Origin: Candidatus Spongiisociaceae bacterium
GTDB taxonomy: Bacteria > Actinomycetota > Acidimicrobiia > Spongiisociales > Spongiisociaceae
Assembly (NCBI GenBank): GCA_965219685.1
Contig: CBDCOH010000002.1
Location: 4,256,001-4,320,000 of the forward strand
Direction: 5' to 3'
DNA length: 64,000 bases
Below the pieces are notes generated by a model, which did no database searches, was not told the DNA's origin, and saw nothing but the letters and a program-made list of their open reading frames with translations. Position 1 is the stretch's first letter. Each line of letters opens with the position of its first letter. Below are positions 26,731 through 36,347 of this stretch, one piece after another. The translations under genes were made by a program, and so were the position numbers.

Positions 26731-28412
26731 GCACGGTCTCCCACCAGGGCAAGTCCCGGCCGCTGGTTCTCGACCGCACCGTGTTCGACTACGCGGACGA
26801 GTTGGCAGTGGAGGTTCCCACCTCGTGTCGGCGCACGGGACAGTGCCACGAGTGCGTCGTCGAAGTAACCGGCGGCATGGAGTCGCTGGTTCCGAGGACG
26901 GAGACCGAGGGGTTCCTGCGCGGCGACTACCGGCTCGCCTGCCAGGCCCGGATCGTGCGCGATGACCTCGACATCGAGTTCGCTCCGCTGAGAAGGCGGC
27001 CGAGGATCCTGGAGCCGGGAGGAGACCGGACCGGGCCGGATCGCGTGAACCCGATGGTGGCCAGGGTGGGGGAGGAGGTCTGGTACGGAGACAATGTGAT
27101 GGATGTGTACCGGGGCGCCATCTACGGTCTGGCGGTGGACCTCGGTACGACGACCGTGGTCCTGGAGTTGGTGGATCTCGAGAACGGGCGGAGCATGGCC
27201 GTCAGCAGCTTCGAGAACCCCCAGCAGTTCGGCGGCAGCGACGTGATGAACCGTATCTCCTACGAGGCCCGCCGGGGTGTGAGGGGTGAACTCCAGAACG
27301 CGGTCGTGACCGCGATCAACCAGGGAATCCGTGAAATGGTCGCCCACCTCGGAAGGCGCCCGCCGCACGTGTACGAGATCGTGGTGGCCGCCAACTCGAC
27401 GATGCGGGACATCCTGTTCGGGCTGGATGTGCAGAGCATCGGCCAGAAGCCTTACAAGTCGCTCGTCGAGCACGACTACCTGGACGGCGGTCGCCGCCAC
27501 ACCGCCCTGGTAGCAGATAGTCGCGAGCTCGGGCTGCGCGCCAACCGCAAGGCGAAGATCTACGGGCTCCCGCTGATCGCCAGCCATGTGGGCGCCGATG
27601 CGGTGGCCTGCCTGGAGACGGTGCAGCTCGGCAGCACGGGCCGCACCGAGATGCTTGTCGACATGGGAACCAACACCGAAGTCGTCCTCCACCACCGGGG
27701 TCGCCTGTACGCGGCGTCGTGCCCGGCCGGACCGGCCTTCGAGGGCGGCCTGGTCACCTACGGCATGAGGGCCTACGACGGCGCCATCGAGTCCATCGGC
27801 CTGGCGCCGGACGGGACGACCCTGCGCTACGCCACTATCGGCGACGAGCCGCCCACGGGCATATGCGGCTCTGGCCTCGCCGACCTGCTCGCGGAGTTGC
27901 GCCGCCACGGGCTGATGACCCCACTCGGCGTGTTCACCAAGGACCGCAAACTGTTCGCCATCGATGTGATCCCCGAACGGGGTATCACCTTCTCGAAGCA
28001 GGATGTCGGAAACCTGGCCCAGGCCAAGGCGGCCAACTACTGCGGCCAGTTCATCGTGATGAGGACGGCAGGGGTCGAACCCGCCCAGATCGAGCGCCTG
28101 TACCTGGCGGGAGGATTCGCCACGTACCTCGACGTGCGCAACGCAGTCGACATCGGCCTGATCGCTCCGGTCCCCGAGGAGCGAGTCGTCAAGGTGGGCA
28201 ACGCCGCCATCGACGGCGCCCGGGCGCTCCTGCTCGACCGCTCGAAGCGCCGTATCGCCGAGGAACGGGCCAAGAGGGTCACCCACTTAGAGCTGGAGAC
28301 CACTCCTGACTTCTTCGAGATATTCGTCGAGGGGTGCCAGCTCAAGCCGATGCCGGCCGAGTTGCCGCCCGACCCGTCCATGGAACTGGTGGGGGAGCTG
28401 GTGGGATCGTGA
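26727..28412 (+). CDS. ATP-dependent reductive activator of corrinoid proteins (RACo/DUF4445, 2Fe-2S + ASKHA)
   Basis: CxxxGxCxxC...RLACQ, DLGTTT, GSDVMNRI, DMGTNTE, AGPAFEG, GICGSG, LAGGF, GNAA. Confidence 0.92.
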   Translation: MSTVSHQGKSRPLVLDRTVFDYADELAVEVPTSCRRTGQCHECVVEVTGGMESLVPRTETEGFLRGDYRLACQARIVRDDLDIEFAPLRRRPRILEPGGDRTGPDRVNPMVARVGEEVWYGDNVMDVYRGAIYGLAVDLGTTTVVLELVDLENGRSMAVSSFENPQQFGGSDVMNRISYEARRGVRGELQNAVVTAINQGIREMVAHLGRRPPHVYEIVVAANSTMRDILFGLDVQSIGQKPYKSLVEHDYLDGGRRHTALVADSRELGLRANRKAKIYGLPLIASHVGADAVACLETVQLGSTGRTEMLVDMGTNTEVVLHHRGRLYAASCPAGPAFEGGLVTYGMRAYDGAIESIGLAPDGTTLRYATIGDEPPTGICGSGLADLLAELRRHGLMTPLGVFTKDRKLFAIDVIPERGITFSKQDVGNLAQAKAANYCGQFIVMRTAGVEPAQIERLYLAGGFATYLDVRNAVDIGLIAPVPEERVVKVGNAAIDGARALLLDRSKRRIAEERAKRVTHLELETTPDFFEIFVEGCQLKPMPAELPPDPSMELVGELVGS

Positions 28413-29431
28413 GCCGTCCCGAGTTCACCGTCGTCGGGGAGAACGTCCACACGACCCGGATCGTGCTTCGGAAGGGCAAGCGCTTCGCCATCCGCAACGG
28501 GGTGGAGGGGGTGCCTTTCGAGTCGGTCGACGGGGTTCCCCGGCTTCTCCGCGCCTCGGAGAAGATGCGCCGGAGCCAGGCTTACGAGGAGGGCCGGGTC
28601 AAGCACATAGCCTTAGCCGTCGAGGCGGCCATGGGAGGCGGTGCGGACGCGGAGGACGGGCTCGAGTACCTGCGGCGGGTGGTGGTGGACCAGGAGCGGG
28701 CCGGCGCCCACTACCTCGACGTGAACGTCGACGAGATATCCCTCAAGACCGCCGAGCAGCGCGAGGCGATCGCCTGGCTGGTCGGGTTCGTTCGTTCGGT
28801 CAGTTCCCTTCCTATCTCGGTCGACTCCTCAGACATCACGGTGATCGAGAGCGGCCTGAAGGCGTGCAGCGGAGCGGAAAGCCGACCGATGCTCAACTCC
28901 GCCTCCCTCGAACGGGTCGAGGCTCTTGACCTCGCCGTCCGGTACGGAGCGAAGGTCATCGTCACCGCGGCCGGCGGAGCCGGGATGCCGGCGAGCGCCG
29001 GCGAGCGGGTCGACAACGCATCCCGCATGGTGGAGGCGGCCGTGGAGAAAGGGATCCCGATGGCCGATCTATTCGTCGATCCGCTGGTCTTTCCGATATC
29101 GGTCGACGGCAACTTCGGACTCCACACCCTCGACGCCATCCGGATCATCCGTAGCCGTTACGGCCCTGAGATACACATAACCGGAGGAATGAGCAACGTG
29201 TCGTTCGGTATCCCGGCCCGCAAGCTGATGAACACCGCCTTCATCAACCTGGCGGTCGATGCGGGGGCGGACAGCGGGATCATCGACCCGGTGATGAATC
29301 CACTCTCCGCCGTGTTCGCCGCCGACCGGGACTCGGTTCCCTACCGGCTGGCCGAGGACACCCTCCTGGGCAGGGACGACTTCTGCGCCAACTACATCAA
29401 AGCCTGGCGCAAGGGCATCCTGAACGGGTGA
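28409..29431 (+). CDS. Methyltetrahydrofolate:corrinoid methyltransferase (AcsE/MeTr, pterin-binding)
   Basis: VGEN, LDVN, SVDS, MLNS, VDPL, GGMSNVSFG, IIDP. Confidence 0.88.
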   Translation: MSRPEFTVVGENVHTTRIVLRKGKRFAIRNGVEGVPFESVDGVPRLLRASEKMRRSQAYEEGRVKHIALAVEAAMGGGADAEDGLEYLRRVVVDQERAGAHYLDVNVDEISLKTAEQREAIAWLVGFVRSVSSLPISVDSSDITVIESGLKACSGAESRPMLNSASLERVEALDLAVRYGAKVIVTAAGGAGMPASAGERVDNASRMVEAAVEKGIPMADLFVDPLVFPISVDGNFGLHTLDAIRIIRSRYGPEIHITGGMSNVSFGIPARKLMNTAFINLAVDAGADSGIIDPVMNPLSAVFAADRDSVPYRLAEDTLLGRDDFCANYIKAWRKGILNG

Positions 29432-29637
29432 GCGGGTAGTTCACCAGGGCTCCGGCCGAGACCTGGGACCGGGTCCTGAAATGGGGGTCTTCCCCTTCGG
29501 ACTCATGTTTCCAAGCCGCGGCTCGGGGCTCGCCGGCGCGTTTCCCCCCGAGCGGCGCCGCTTTTGCCGCGCCATCGGCTGTAGTCGGCGTCCTTCTCTC
29601 CGTGACACGTGTGGCATTCTGATGCTATGATTGTGGC

Positions 29638-29874
29638 ATGCCCAGGATACGCATCAGCACCACCGTAAGCGACGAACTCCTTGCGCAGGCTCGCGCTGCT
29701 TTGCCGGATCTCAATGACGCCACCCTGCTCGATCGTGCCTTGGCGTCACTCTGCGCCGAGCATCGCGCCGCTGAGATTGACCGGTCCTACGAGGCCTACG
29801 ATACGCTTCCGCTCGACACCGAGGACGAGTGGGGGAACCTGGCCGATCTGCTCGATGCGGCCGCCACTGCGTGA
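29638..29874 (+). CDS. Antitoxin (RHH-like, MazE-type)
   Basis: RISTTV...LL N-terminus, acidic DEWG tail, overlaps the toxin; TATGAT -10 lies 6 nt upstream, flanked by TGTGGCAT direct repeats. Confidence 0.8.
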   Translation: MPRIRISTTVSDELLAQARAALPDLNDATLLDRALASLCAEHRAAEIDRSYEAYDTLPLDTEDEWGNLADLLDAAATA

Positions 29875-30197
29875 GCGGGTTGCCCCGAAGGGGCGAGTTG
29901 TGGTGGTACGAGGCTCCGGACAAACGCCCCCGCCCCGTGGTAGTGCTGTCGAGGAATGCGGCAATTCCGAAGCTCCGACGAGTGATCGTTGCTCCGTGCA
30001 GCACAGTGATCCGCAACCTCGCTACTGAGGTTGGGCTTGAACCGGGCGAAGAACCGATATGGCTGCCGAGTGTCGTGCAACTCGATTCGATGTTCAATGT
30101 CTCGGTGGCACATCTCACGTCGCGTCTTGGCAGGCTCAGCTACGAACGGATGGACCAGGTCTGCGGAGCTCTGTCCATCGCCGTGGACTGCGGGTAG
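29871..30197 (+). CDS. PemK/MazF family toxin
   Basis: RRGELWW, RPVVVLSR, VAPCST, LGRLS. Confidence 0.88.
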   Translation: MSGLPRRGELWWYEAPDKRPRPVVVLSRNAAIPKLRRVIVAPCSTVIRNLATEVGLEPGEEPIWLPSVVQLDSMFNVSVAHLTSRLGRLSYERMDQVCGALSIAVDCG

Positions 30198-30333
30198 TCG
30201 GTTACGCAAGCGGGCAGGTGGTCAACCATCTCAACCCTAACTCCCCATCAGCAGGTCTATTTTGAAGGGCTCCCCATGGCGGGACCATGGAATCCGGACA
30301 GCGCTACTGTGACCGGAAACTACCCGGTCTGAC

Positions 30334-30364
30334 GCTAATCAGCTATTACCTACTAGCAACTAGC
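30334..30364. repeat. Degenerate heptamer run at the 3' end of the cupin gene
   Basis: GCTAATC AGCTATT ACCTACT AGCAACT. Confidence 0.45.
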
Positions 30365-30758
30365 AAAACTCTGCTTCGATCACTTCTCGTTCGGCGCCCG
30401 ACGGGCTATACATCCAGAACAGCCTGACCGGGGTATCGCCGGTATTGAAGAACTGGTGGCTCACCCCCGGGGGGGTGTAGACGACCGATCCGGGGCCGGT
30501 GACGATCTCCAGATCGCCTACGACCGCCCTCCCCTCGCCCTCGGAGAACATCCATATCTCGGCGGCGTCCGGATGGGTGTGGAGGCTGCCCTTCTGGTGG
30601 GGCGGCACCTCGCACGACCCGACCGCGAAGTCACCGATCCCTTCCTGCAGGAACGGTGACAGGAGGACCTTCACATGGCGGACGTACGGCTCGGGGGTGG
30701 TCAGCCCGATCCCGTCGGCATCGGTGACGACGATCGGTGTTTCCGATGAGTTGCTCAT
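30360..30758 (-). CDS. Cupin domain protein
   Basis: HTHPDAAE...GEG, PPGVSHQFFN; GGAGG RBS. Confidence 0.9.
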   Translation of the reverse strand: MSNSSETPIVVTDADGIGLTTPEPYVRHVKVLLSPFLQEGIGDFAVGSCEVPPHQKGSLHTHPDAAEIWMFSEGEGRAVVGDLEIVTGPGSVVYTPPGVSHQFFNTGDTPVRLFWMYSPSGAEREVIEAEFC

Positions 30759-30833
30759 TGCTCAACCTCCTCCGCCGACTTAGCGTCCCGAACCGGTGGG
30801 ATCATCCGCCCCGCCGGGATACCGCCGGTACCT

Positions 30834-32201
30834 CTACTCATTCGACTCATCCGCTACCAAGTCGTCCCAACGAGGGCCGACCTCCAGTATGGAGGAGCGT
30901 AGAGCGGAGACACCGCGTTCCAGATCGTCGACACCGATCGTGAGGGCCGGGTTGACGCTGACCACATCCCCCACCAGGGCGCTTCCGTGGTGCATCGCCC
31001 GGGACAGGAAACCCCGTCGCCACATCGCTTCGGGAACCACTGAGCCGACAGCGGCCTCGGGCGGCAGCGGAGTTCGTGAGGCCTTGTCCGCGACCAGTTC
31101 GATCCCCCGGCAGAGGCCGCGCCCGCGCACGTCCCCCACCCAGGGGAGGTCGGCTATCTGCTCGGCCAGGAGGGCCGACAGCATCTCATCCAACTTTGCA
31201 GACTGCTCCGCCAGGCCCTCCTCCTCGATCGCGTCGAGGACCGCCAGCCCCACCGCGCACGACTGCGCGCTGCCGCTGTAGGTGTGGACCTCCGCCATGC
31301 GCCGGTTCTCGGCGGCGATGGTACCGGCGACGGCTCCGGTGATCAGCGTGGCCCCCAACGGCGCGTAACCCGCTCCCAGCCCCTTGGCCATGGTCGTGAT
31401 GTCGGCCACCACGTCCGCGTGGTCGAGGGCCAGGAAACGACCGGTCCGCCACATGCCGGTGATCACCTCGTCGGCTATGAACAGCACACCGTGGTGGTCA
31501 CAGACCTCCCGGACGCGACGCCAGTACTGGTCGGGGGGCACCGCCATCCCGGTGGAGAGAGCGATCGGCTCGGCGATGAAGGCGGAGACCGAGTGCGCCC
31601 CTTCGCTCTCGATGGCGGCGTCCAGCGCCCCCGCCGCCCGCCTCACCACCTCCTCCGGCGCAAGCCCCGCGTACGGACCCCGGTACGTGATCGGGGCAGG
31701 GACCTTTGGGGTCCGGAACACGTACGGTTGGTAGCTCCGGTTGATGTCCCAGCGCCCGGTCATCGACAGTGCCCCGGCGGTGGCGCCGTGGTAGCTGGGA
31801 GAGAGACCGACCACCTTCCACCGGGCGGGCTCCCCCCGGGCCAGGTGGTACTGGCGGGCGATGCGGAGGGCTATCTCGTTGGCCTCGCTGCCCCCCGAGC
31901 TGAACATGACCCGGTCGACCCCGTCAGGCGCCAGGTCGACCAGCCGGCGGGCGAGTTGCTCCTGAGCGCGGGTAGTGCCGGCCACCGTGTGCATGTACGA
32001 AAGGCGCCGGACCTGCTCCACCATGGCCCGGGCGATGTCATCCCGTCCCTGGCCGATGATCGCCGCGCCCGAAACGCCGCTGGTGAGATCCACCAACTCG
32101 TGGCCGGCGTCGTCCCACAGCCGGCAGCCCTCGGCCCGCACGAACAGGGGGTACTCGTCGCCGGGGCTCCGGTAGAAGACCGCCGACGGGAACCTATCCA
32201 T
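30834..32201 (-). CDS. Class III PLP aminotransferase
   Basis: GGSEANE, SYHG, FIADEVITG, AKGLG, HTYSG. Confidence 0.92.
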   Translation of the reverse strand: MDRFPSAVFYRSPGDEYPLFVRAEGCRLWDDAGHELVDLTSGVSGAAIIGQGRDDIARAMVEQVRRLSYMHTVAGTTRAQEQLARRLVDLAPDGVDRVMFSSGGSEANEIALRIARQYHLARGEPARWKVVGLSPSYHGATAGALSMTGRWDINRSYQPYVFRTPKVPAPITYRGPYAGLAPEEVVRRAAGALDAAIESEGAHSVSAFIAEPIALSTGMAVPPDQYWRRVREVCDHHGVLFIADEVITGMWRTGRFLALDHADVVADITTMAKGLGAGYAPLGATLITGAVAGTIAAENRRMAEVHTYSGSAQSCAVGLAVLDAIEEEGLAEQSAKLDEMLSALLAEQIADLPWVGDVRGRGLCRGIELVADKASRTPLPPEAAVGSVVPEAMWRRGFLSRAMHHGSALVGDVVSVNPALTIGVDDLERGVSALRSSILEVGPRWDDLVADESNE

Positions 32202-32548
32202 CGTCGACGGTGTGGTCGCAAACGAATACTGCGGGGTTGGCTACGCGGCAAACTACCTGGTCCGGAGGTTGTGGGCCGGCGAGCGACCCCCTTCGCAGGC
32301 ACCCGTCGATCACCTTCATCGGGATGCGCCCTCCTTCCTCCACTCGCGGTATGACACCTGATCAGCCTCGCCATACTCTATTATTCATGCTTATGTGTCG
32401 TCTGGATCGGGTGAGCGGAGGAACCGATGCGGCTCAGGAGTGCATCCCCTCACGGCTCCAACCCCACCCGGTCGATGTCACCCTAGACGGCCCGGCCACC
32501 CCGACAGCCACCGCTTCTAGTTCGGACACGTAGCACGGGTCCGCTTGT

Positions 32549-33922
32549 ATGGACGCACTTAGGGGTCGGCTATCCCCCACCGCCATTCTGGCGATGGCAG
32601 CCGCGGCCGTCTTCCTGACCGTAGCCAAGACTTCCGCGGCGGCCGTCTCCCAACCCGCTATCGCACACGCCTTCGACGCCGGTCCGGCCGATGTCGGGTG
32701 GGTCGTCTTCGGCTTCTCGGGTACGTTCGCCGTCGCCACTGCCGTCTACGGGCCGCTCGCGGTACGTTTCGGGGTGGGGAGAACCCTTGCGTTCGGAATC
32801 CTGCTCCTTGCGTTCGGATCTCTCATCGCGCTCGTAGCTCCGACGCTGCAGATCGTGATCGCCGCCCGGATGATCCAAGGAGCCGGTTCGGGTGCCTTAC
32901 CGACCCTCTTCCTGGCAATCCTCGCCACGAGGTTTCCCCCGGAGCGGCGGCCCTTCGCCTACGCGGTCATCACCGCCATGCTGGGAATTGCCCAGACGCT
33001 CGGTCCCATCATCGGCGGCCTGCTGGTCGAATTCGTCAGCTGGCGAGCCGCCCTGGCCATCGGGCTGCTCATCTCACCCGCAGCAGCCTTCGTCTGGTAC
33101 GACCTCCCGGAGCCGGGGGACCCGAGCCGGCGGCTCGACTATGCCGGAGCGGCATCCGCAGTCCTCGTGATCGGAAGCTTCGTCTACATTCTGAACCGGC
33201 TCCCCGTCGACGGCGCCACGCTCCTCACGGGGAGCGCCATCCTGGCCGCCGCCGTGGGATCGTTGTTCTCCACGATCTGGGCGAATCGTCACCCGGCGCC
33301 GTTCATCCCGTGCTCGATGGTGCTCGACCGCAGCTACATCGTGCTCGTGACTGCCGGCTTCGTGGGGACCGCCTGCTACCTGGGGACGATCATGGCCCTG
33401 CCGTCCGCACTGGCGAGAGTCCACACGATCGATGCGGTCGGGATCGGACTCGTCATTGTTCCGACCGGCGTTTCGGTAGCGCTCGGGTCAGCAGCGACCG
33501 GCGTCGTGATACGCCGGTTGGGAGATACCGGCGCCGCAATACTGTCACTGCTGTTCCTGTCAGCCGGAACCGGACTGTTCGCCGTGCTCGGCGTGGACAG
33601 GAGCCTCGTCTCGGTGGCCCTGGCCGGGATCCCCATGGGCATGGGGTTGGGACTTCTGAACCCTCCGCTGGTGAACGCCGTGACGCAGCGCTTCGTGGGG
33701 CCCTCCCAGCCGATCGCAATCGGCATCTTCTACCTGGGGTTCTTCTTCGGCGGCGCCGCGGGCGGCGCGGTGACGACCGCGATAGTCCAACGCGACCTGT
33801 CGGTCCCGCTGCTCGGTACAGGGTTTCCGGTAGGCGAGGCAGGGCTGGCTCTCCTGGCTCTCGCCGGAGCCGTCATCATGGCTAGGTCGCTCAACAACAA
33901 CTACGCCACCATCCGCGCGTGA
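32549..33922 (+). CDS. MFS transporter (DHA2-like), paralogue of 55892-57265
   Basis: ARMIQGAG, GPIIGGLL, LDYAG; many TM segments. Confidence 0.88.
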   Translation: MDALRGRLSPTAILAMAAAAVFLTVAKTSAAAVSQPAIAHAFDAGPADVGWVVFGFSGTFAVATAVYGPLAVRFGVGRTLAFGILLLAFGSLIALVAPTLQIVIAARMIQGAGSGALPTLFLAILATRFPPERRPFAYAVITAMLGIAQTLGPIIGGLLVEFVSWRAALAIGLLISPAAAFVWYDLPEPGDPSRRLDYAGAASAVLVIGSFVYILNRLPVDGATLLTGSAILAAAVGSLFSTIWANRHPAPFIPCSMVLDRSYIVLVTAGFVGTACYLGTIMALPSALARVHTIDAVGIGLVIVPTGVSVALGSAATGVVIRRLGDTGAAILSLLFLSAGTGLFAVLGVDRSLVSVALAGIPMGMGLGLLNPPLVNAVTQRFVGPSQPIAIGIFYLGFFFGGAAGGAVTTAIVQRDLSVPLLGTGFPVGEAGLALLALAGAVIMARSLNNNYATIRA

Positions 33923-34025
33923 GACCCTGCCCGAGAGGGTGCGCGCATAGGCGGGCACGACTGCCGTGGCCCACCCTGCGTGGGACATCTGCACGGAAGG
34001 TAGATGCCCCGCAGGCTCCCGATGT

Positions 34026-35258
34026 TCAGGAATGGTCTGAGTGCCGGATGCGTCGCGCCAGGTACACGGCTCCGAGCAGGACGGGTATCGCCATGACCAG
34101 CGCTGCCGCTCTCACGTTCACGAGGGTGGCTACCGAGCCGTCGATCAGGCTTGCCACCGGCCGGAGGCCCAGGAAGGCCACGCCCCATAGAGCCATCACC
34201 CGGCCGCGATGCTCCTCAGCGACGTTCATCTGTACCAGGGTGGTGGACAGGGTCACCGAGATGATGTACATGATCCCGCCGACGAACAATGCGGCGAGAC
34301 CCATGTTCGGGTGGGTGGACAACCCGAAGAGCGCAATCGCCGTACCTAGGCCGGCCATACCGATTGCGATGCTCCGGAAGGAGGCTCTCACCTTCGTCAC
34401 CGCTAGGGCGGCGGTAAGCGCCGCTCCCAGCCCGAACGCACCGATGAGCACACCCGTGAAGGTGTCCGGCCTCCCGTATATCTCCACGGTGAACGCCGGC
34501 GTCAGATTGCTTACGGGGTCCACCGCGACCGAAACGGCAGCAACCGCGATCAGCAGCGGACCGAGCAGCGGATCCTTGCGGACGACGGTGATCGTCTCCC
34601 GCAGCTTGGCGCGTTCCGCGGGCCGGTCACCCTGGCGCCGCTCGATCCTGAGGATCATCACCGCCCCGGCCAGGGCCAGGTAGGAAAGGGCGTTGATCGA
34701 AAAGGCCCATGTGAACCCGAGGGTAAGGATGATCCCTGCACCCACGACCGGTCCGATCGCCCTGGCAAGGTTGAAGCTGATCGAGCTCAGAGCTACCGCG
34801 GCTTGCAGATCCTTCCGCTCCACGAGGTGCGGAACCAGGGCCTGCTGCGCCGGGAGCAGGAATGCCTTCGTGACGCTGAAGAGCAGGGCAGCCCCTATCA
34901 GCCACATGGGGGTGACCAGCCCGAGATAGTTGACAAGGGCAAGCACCCCGCCTGCTAGTGCAGCCGCCACTTGAGTGACGAAGATCAGCGTGCGCCGATC
35001 GAAGCGGTCGGCCACCGGGCCGGTCCAGGGAGCGAGCACGATCAAGCCCAGGAACTGGGAGAAGGTGGTCATCGCCACCAGGAAGGTCGACCCCGTTAGC
35101 CGGAAGATGAGCAGTGCCAGAGCGATGTTCTGGACCCACGTGCCCATGTTTGATGCCAGGTTTCCGAAGAAGTATGGCCCGAAGTTCCTTCGGAGCAGCA
35201 GGCTCAGAGGCGGGCTGGGCGTGATGTCCGGTTGGGTGGTGTCGATGTCTGAGTCCAT
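34026..35258 (-). CDS. MFS transporter (DUF894-like)
   Basis: SNMGTWVQ, GPVADRFDRR, FNLARAIGP, RGRVMAL. Confidence 0.88.
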   Translation of the reverse strand: MDSDIDTTQPDITPSPPLSLLLRRNFGPYFFGNLASNMGTWVQNIALALLIFRLTGSTFLVAMTTFSQFLGLIVLAPWTGPVADRFDRRTLIFVTQVAAALAGGVLALVNYLGLVTPMWLIGAALLFSVTKAFLLPAQQALVPHLVERKDLQAAVALSSISFNLARAIGPVVGAGIILTLGFTWAFSINALSYLALAGAVMILRIERRQGDRPAERAKLRETITVVRKDPLLGPLLIAVAAVSVAVDPVSNLTPAFTVEIYGRPDTFTGVLIGAFGLGAALTAALAVTKVRASFRSIAIGMAGLGTAIALFGLSTHPNMGLAALFVGGIMYIISVTLSTTLVQMNVAEEHRGRVMALWGVAFLGLRPVASLIDGSVATLVNVRAAALVMAIPVLLGAVYLARRIRHSDHS

Positions 35259-35335
35259 TTACCCCGACCCTGAACAGTAGTGGTTACAGCGCGGGCCGCC
35301 CGACCCGGCGCCTGGAATCCCGGGACGATCTCCGA

Positions 35336-36328
35336 TCAGTTCGCCAGACCCAGTTCTCGCAACCGGGGCAGGACTTGATCACCGAGCAACTCGATCGACT
35401 CGAACCACCGGTCGAACCGGAGACGCAGATCGAACACCAGGTGTTCCACTTCGACCTCGGCGAACTTGGTCACCTCCTGCACGACCTCTTCGGGCGACCC
35501 GGCGATGAGGGACCCCTGGATGTCCTCGGCTGTCCTGAAGACGCCGGAAGGAGGCTTCACCCACCACTTGCCCCGTTCGTTCGCCCAGCGGAGCAGCCCG
35601 TCGATGTTGAGGCCGTCGAACGCCTCCTCATGGGTCTTGGCGATCGAGGTGGGGGGGATCACGGCAACCGTGGGGCGGGAGCGGCCTGCCTCGGCGGCCA
35701 TCCTGTCCATCGCCTCCACCCGCTTGGCGATAGTGGCCAGGGTGGTCCTTCCCGGCATCCAGCCGTCGCAGTAGCGCACCGCCCGCCGCGCCGAGGCGGG
35801 GGTCGATCCGCAGTACCAGAAGGGGACATGGCCGGACGGCTTCGGCTCGATCGAGATCTCCTTGAGCTCGTAGTGGGCGTCCCGGTAGTCGACCCGGTCC
35901 TCGGTGAACAGACGCTTGAGGATGTTGGCGTTCGACTCGACCAGTTCGGGACGGAAGATGCCTGGCATACCGATCGCCTCGAATTCGTGATCGAAGGTGC
36001 CGGCGCCGTAACCGATGATGATCCGGTCACCGACCAGTTGGGCGAGTGACCCGACCGACAGGGCGGTGTGGATCGGATGGCGGAAGGGGATCAGGGATCC
36101 CGTTCCGAGCGTGATCCGGTCGGTCACCGCACCGACCGCGGTGAGGGTGGTCAGGGCTTCGTAGAACACGATGTTCGGGTTCTCGAGTTCCTCATGGGGC
36201 TCGAAGACCAAATGGTCTCGTACCCAGAGAGAGTCGAAACCCAACTCTTCGGCGAGCCGGGAACCGACGAGTATCCGCTCGCGGTTGGCGTACGCGCCGA
36301 AGTGGGGTAGGAGCAGGCCGAATTGCAT
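35336..36328 (-). CDS. LLM-class flavin/F420-dependent oxidoreductase (paralogue 1)
   Basis: FGLLLPHFG, AEELGFDSLWVRDH, DGWMPG, GSPEEV. Confidence 0.88.
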   Translation of the reverse strand: MQFGLLLPHFGAYANRERILVGSRLAEELGFDSLWVRDHLVFEPHEELENPNIVFYEALTTLTAVGAVTDRITLGTGSLIPFRHPIHTALSVGSLAQLVGDRIIIGYGAGTFDHEFEAIGMPGIFRPELVESNANILKRLFTEDRVDYRDAHYELKEISIEPKPSGHVPFWYCGSTPASARRAVRYCDGWMPGRTTLATIAKRVEAMDRMAAEAGRSRPTVAVIPPTSIAKTHEEAFDGLNIDGLLRWANERGKWWVKPPSGVFRTAEDIQGSLIAGSPEEVVQEVTKFAEVEVEHLVFDLRLRFDRWFESIELLGDQVLPRLRELGLAN

Positions 36329-36347
36329 GGCGGTGAGTCCCCTTCCT

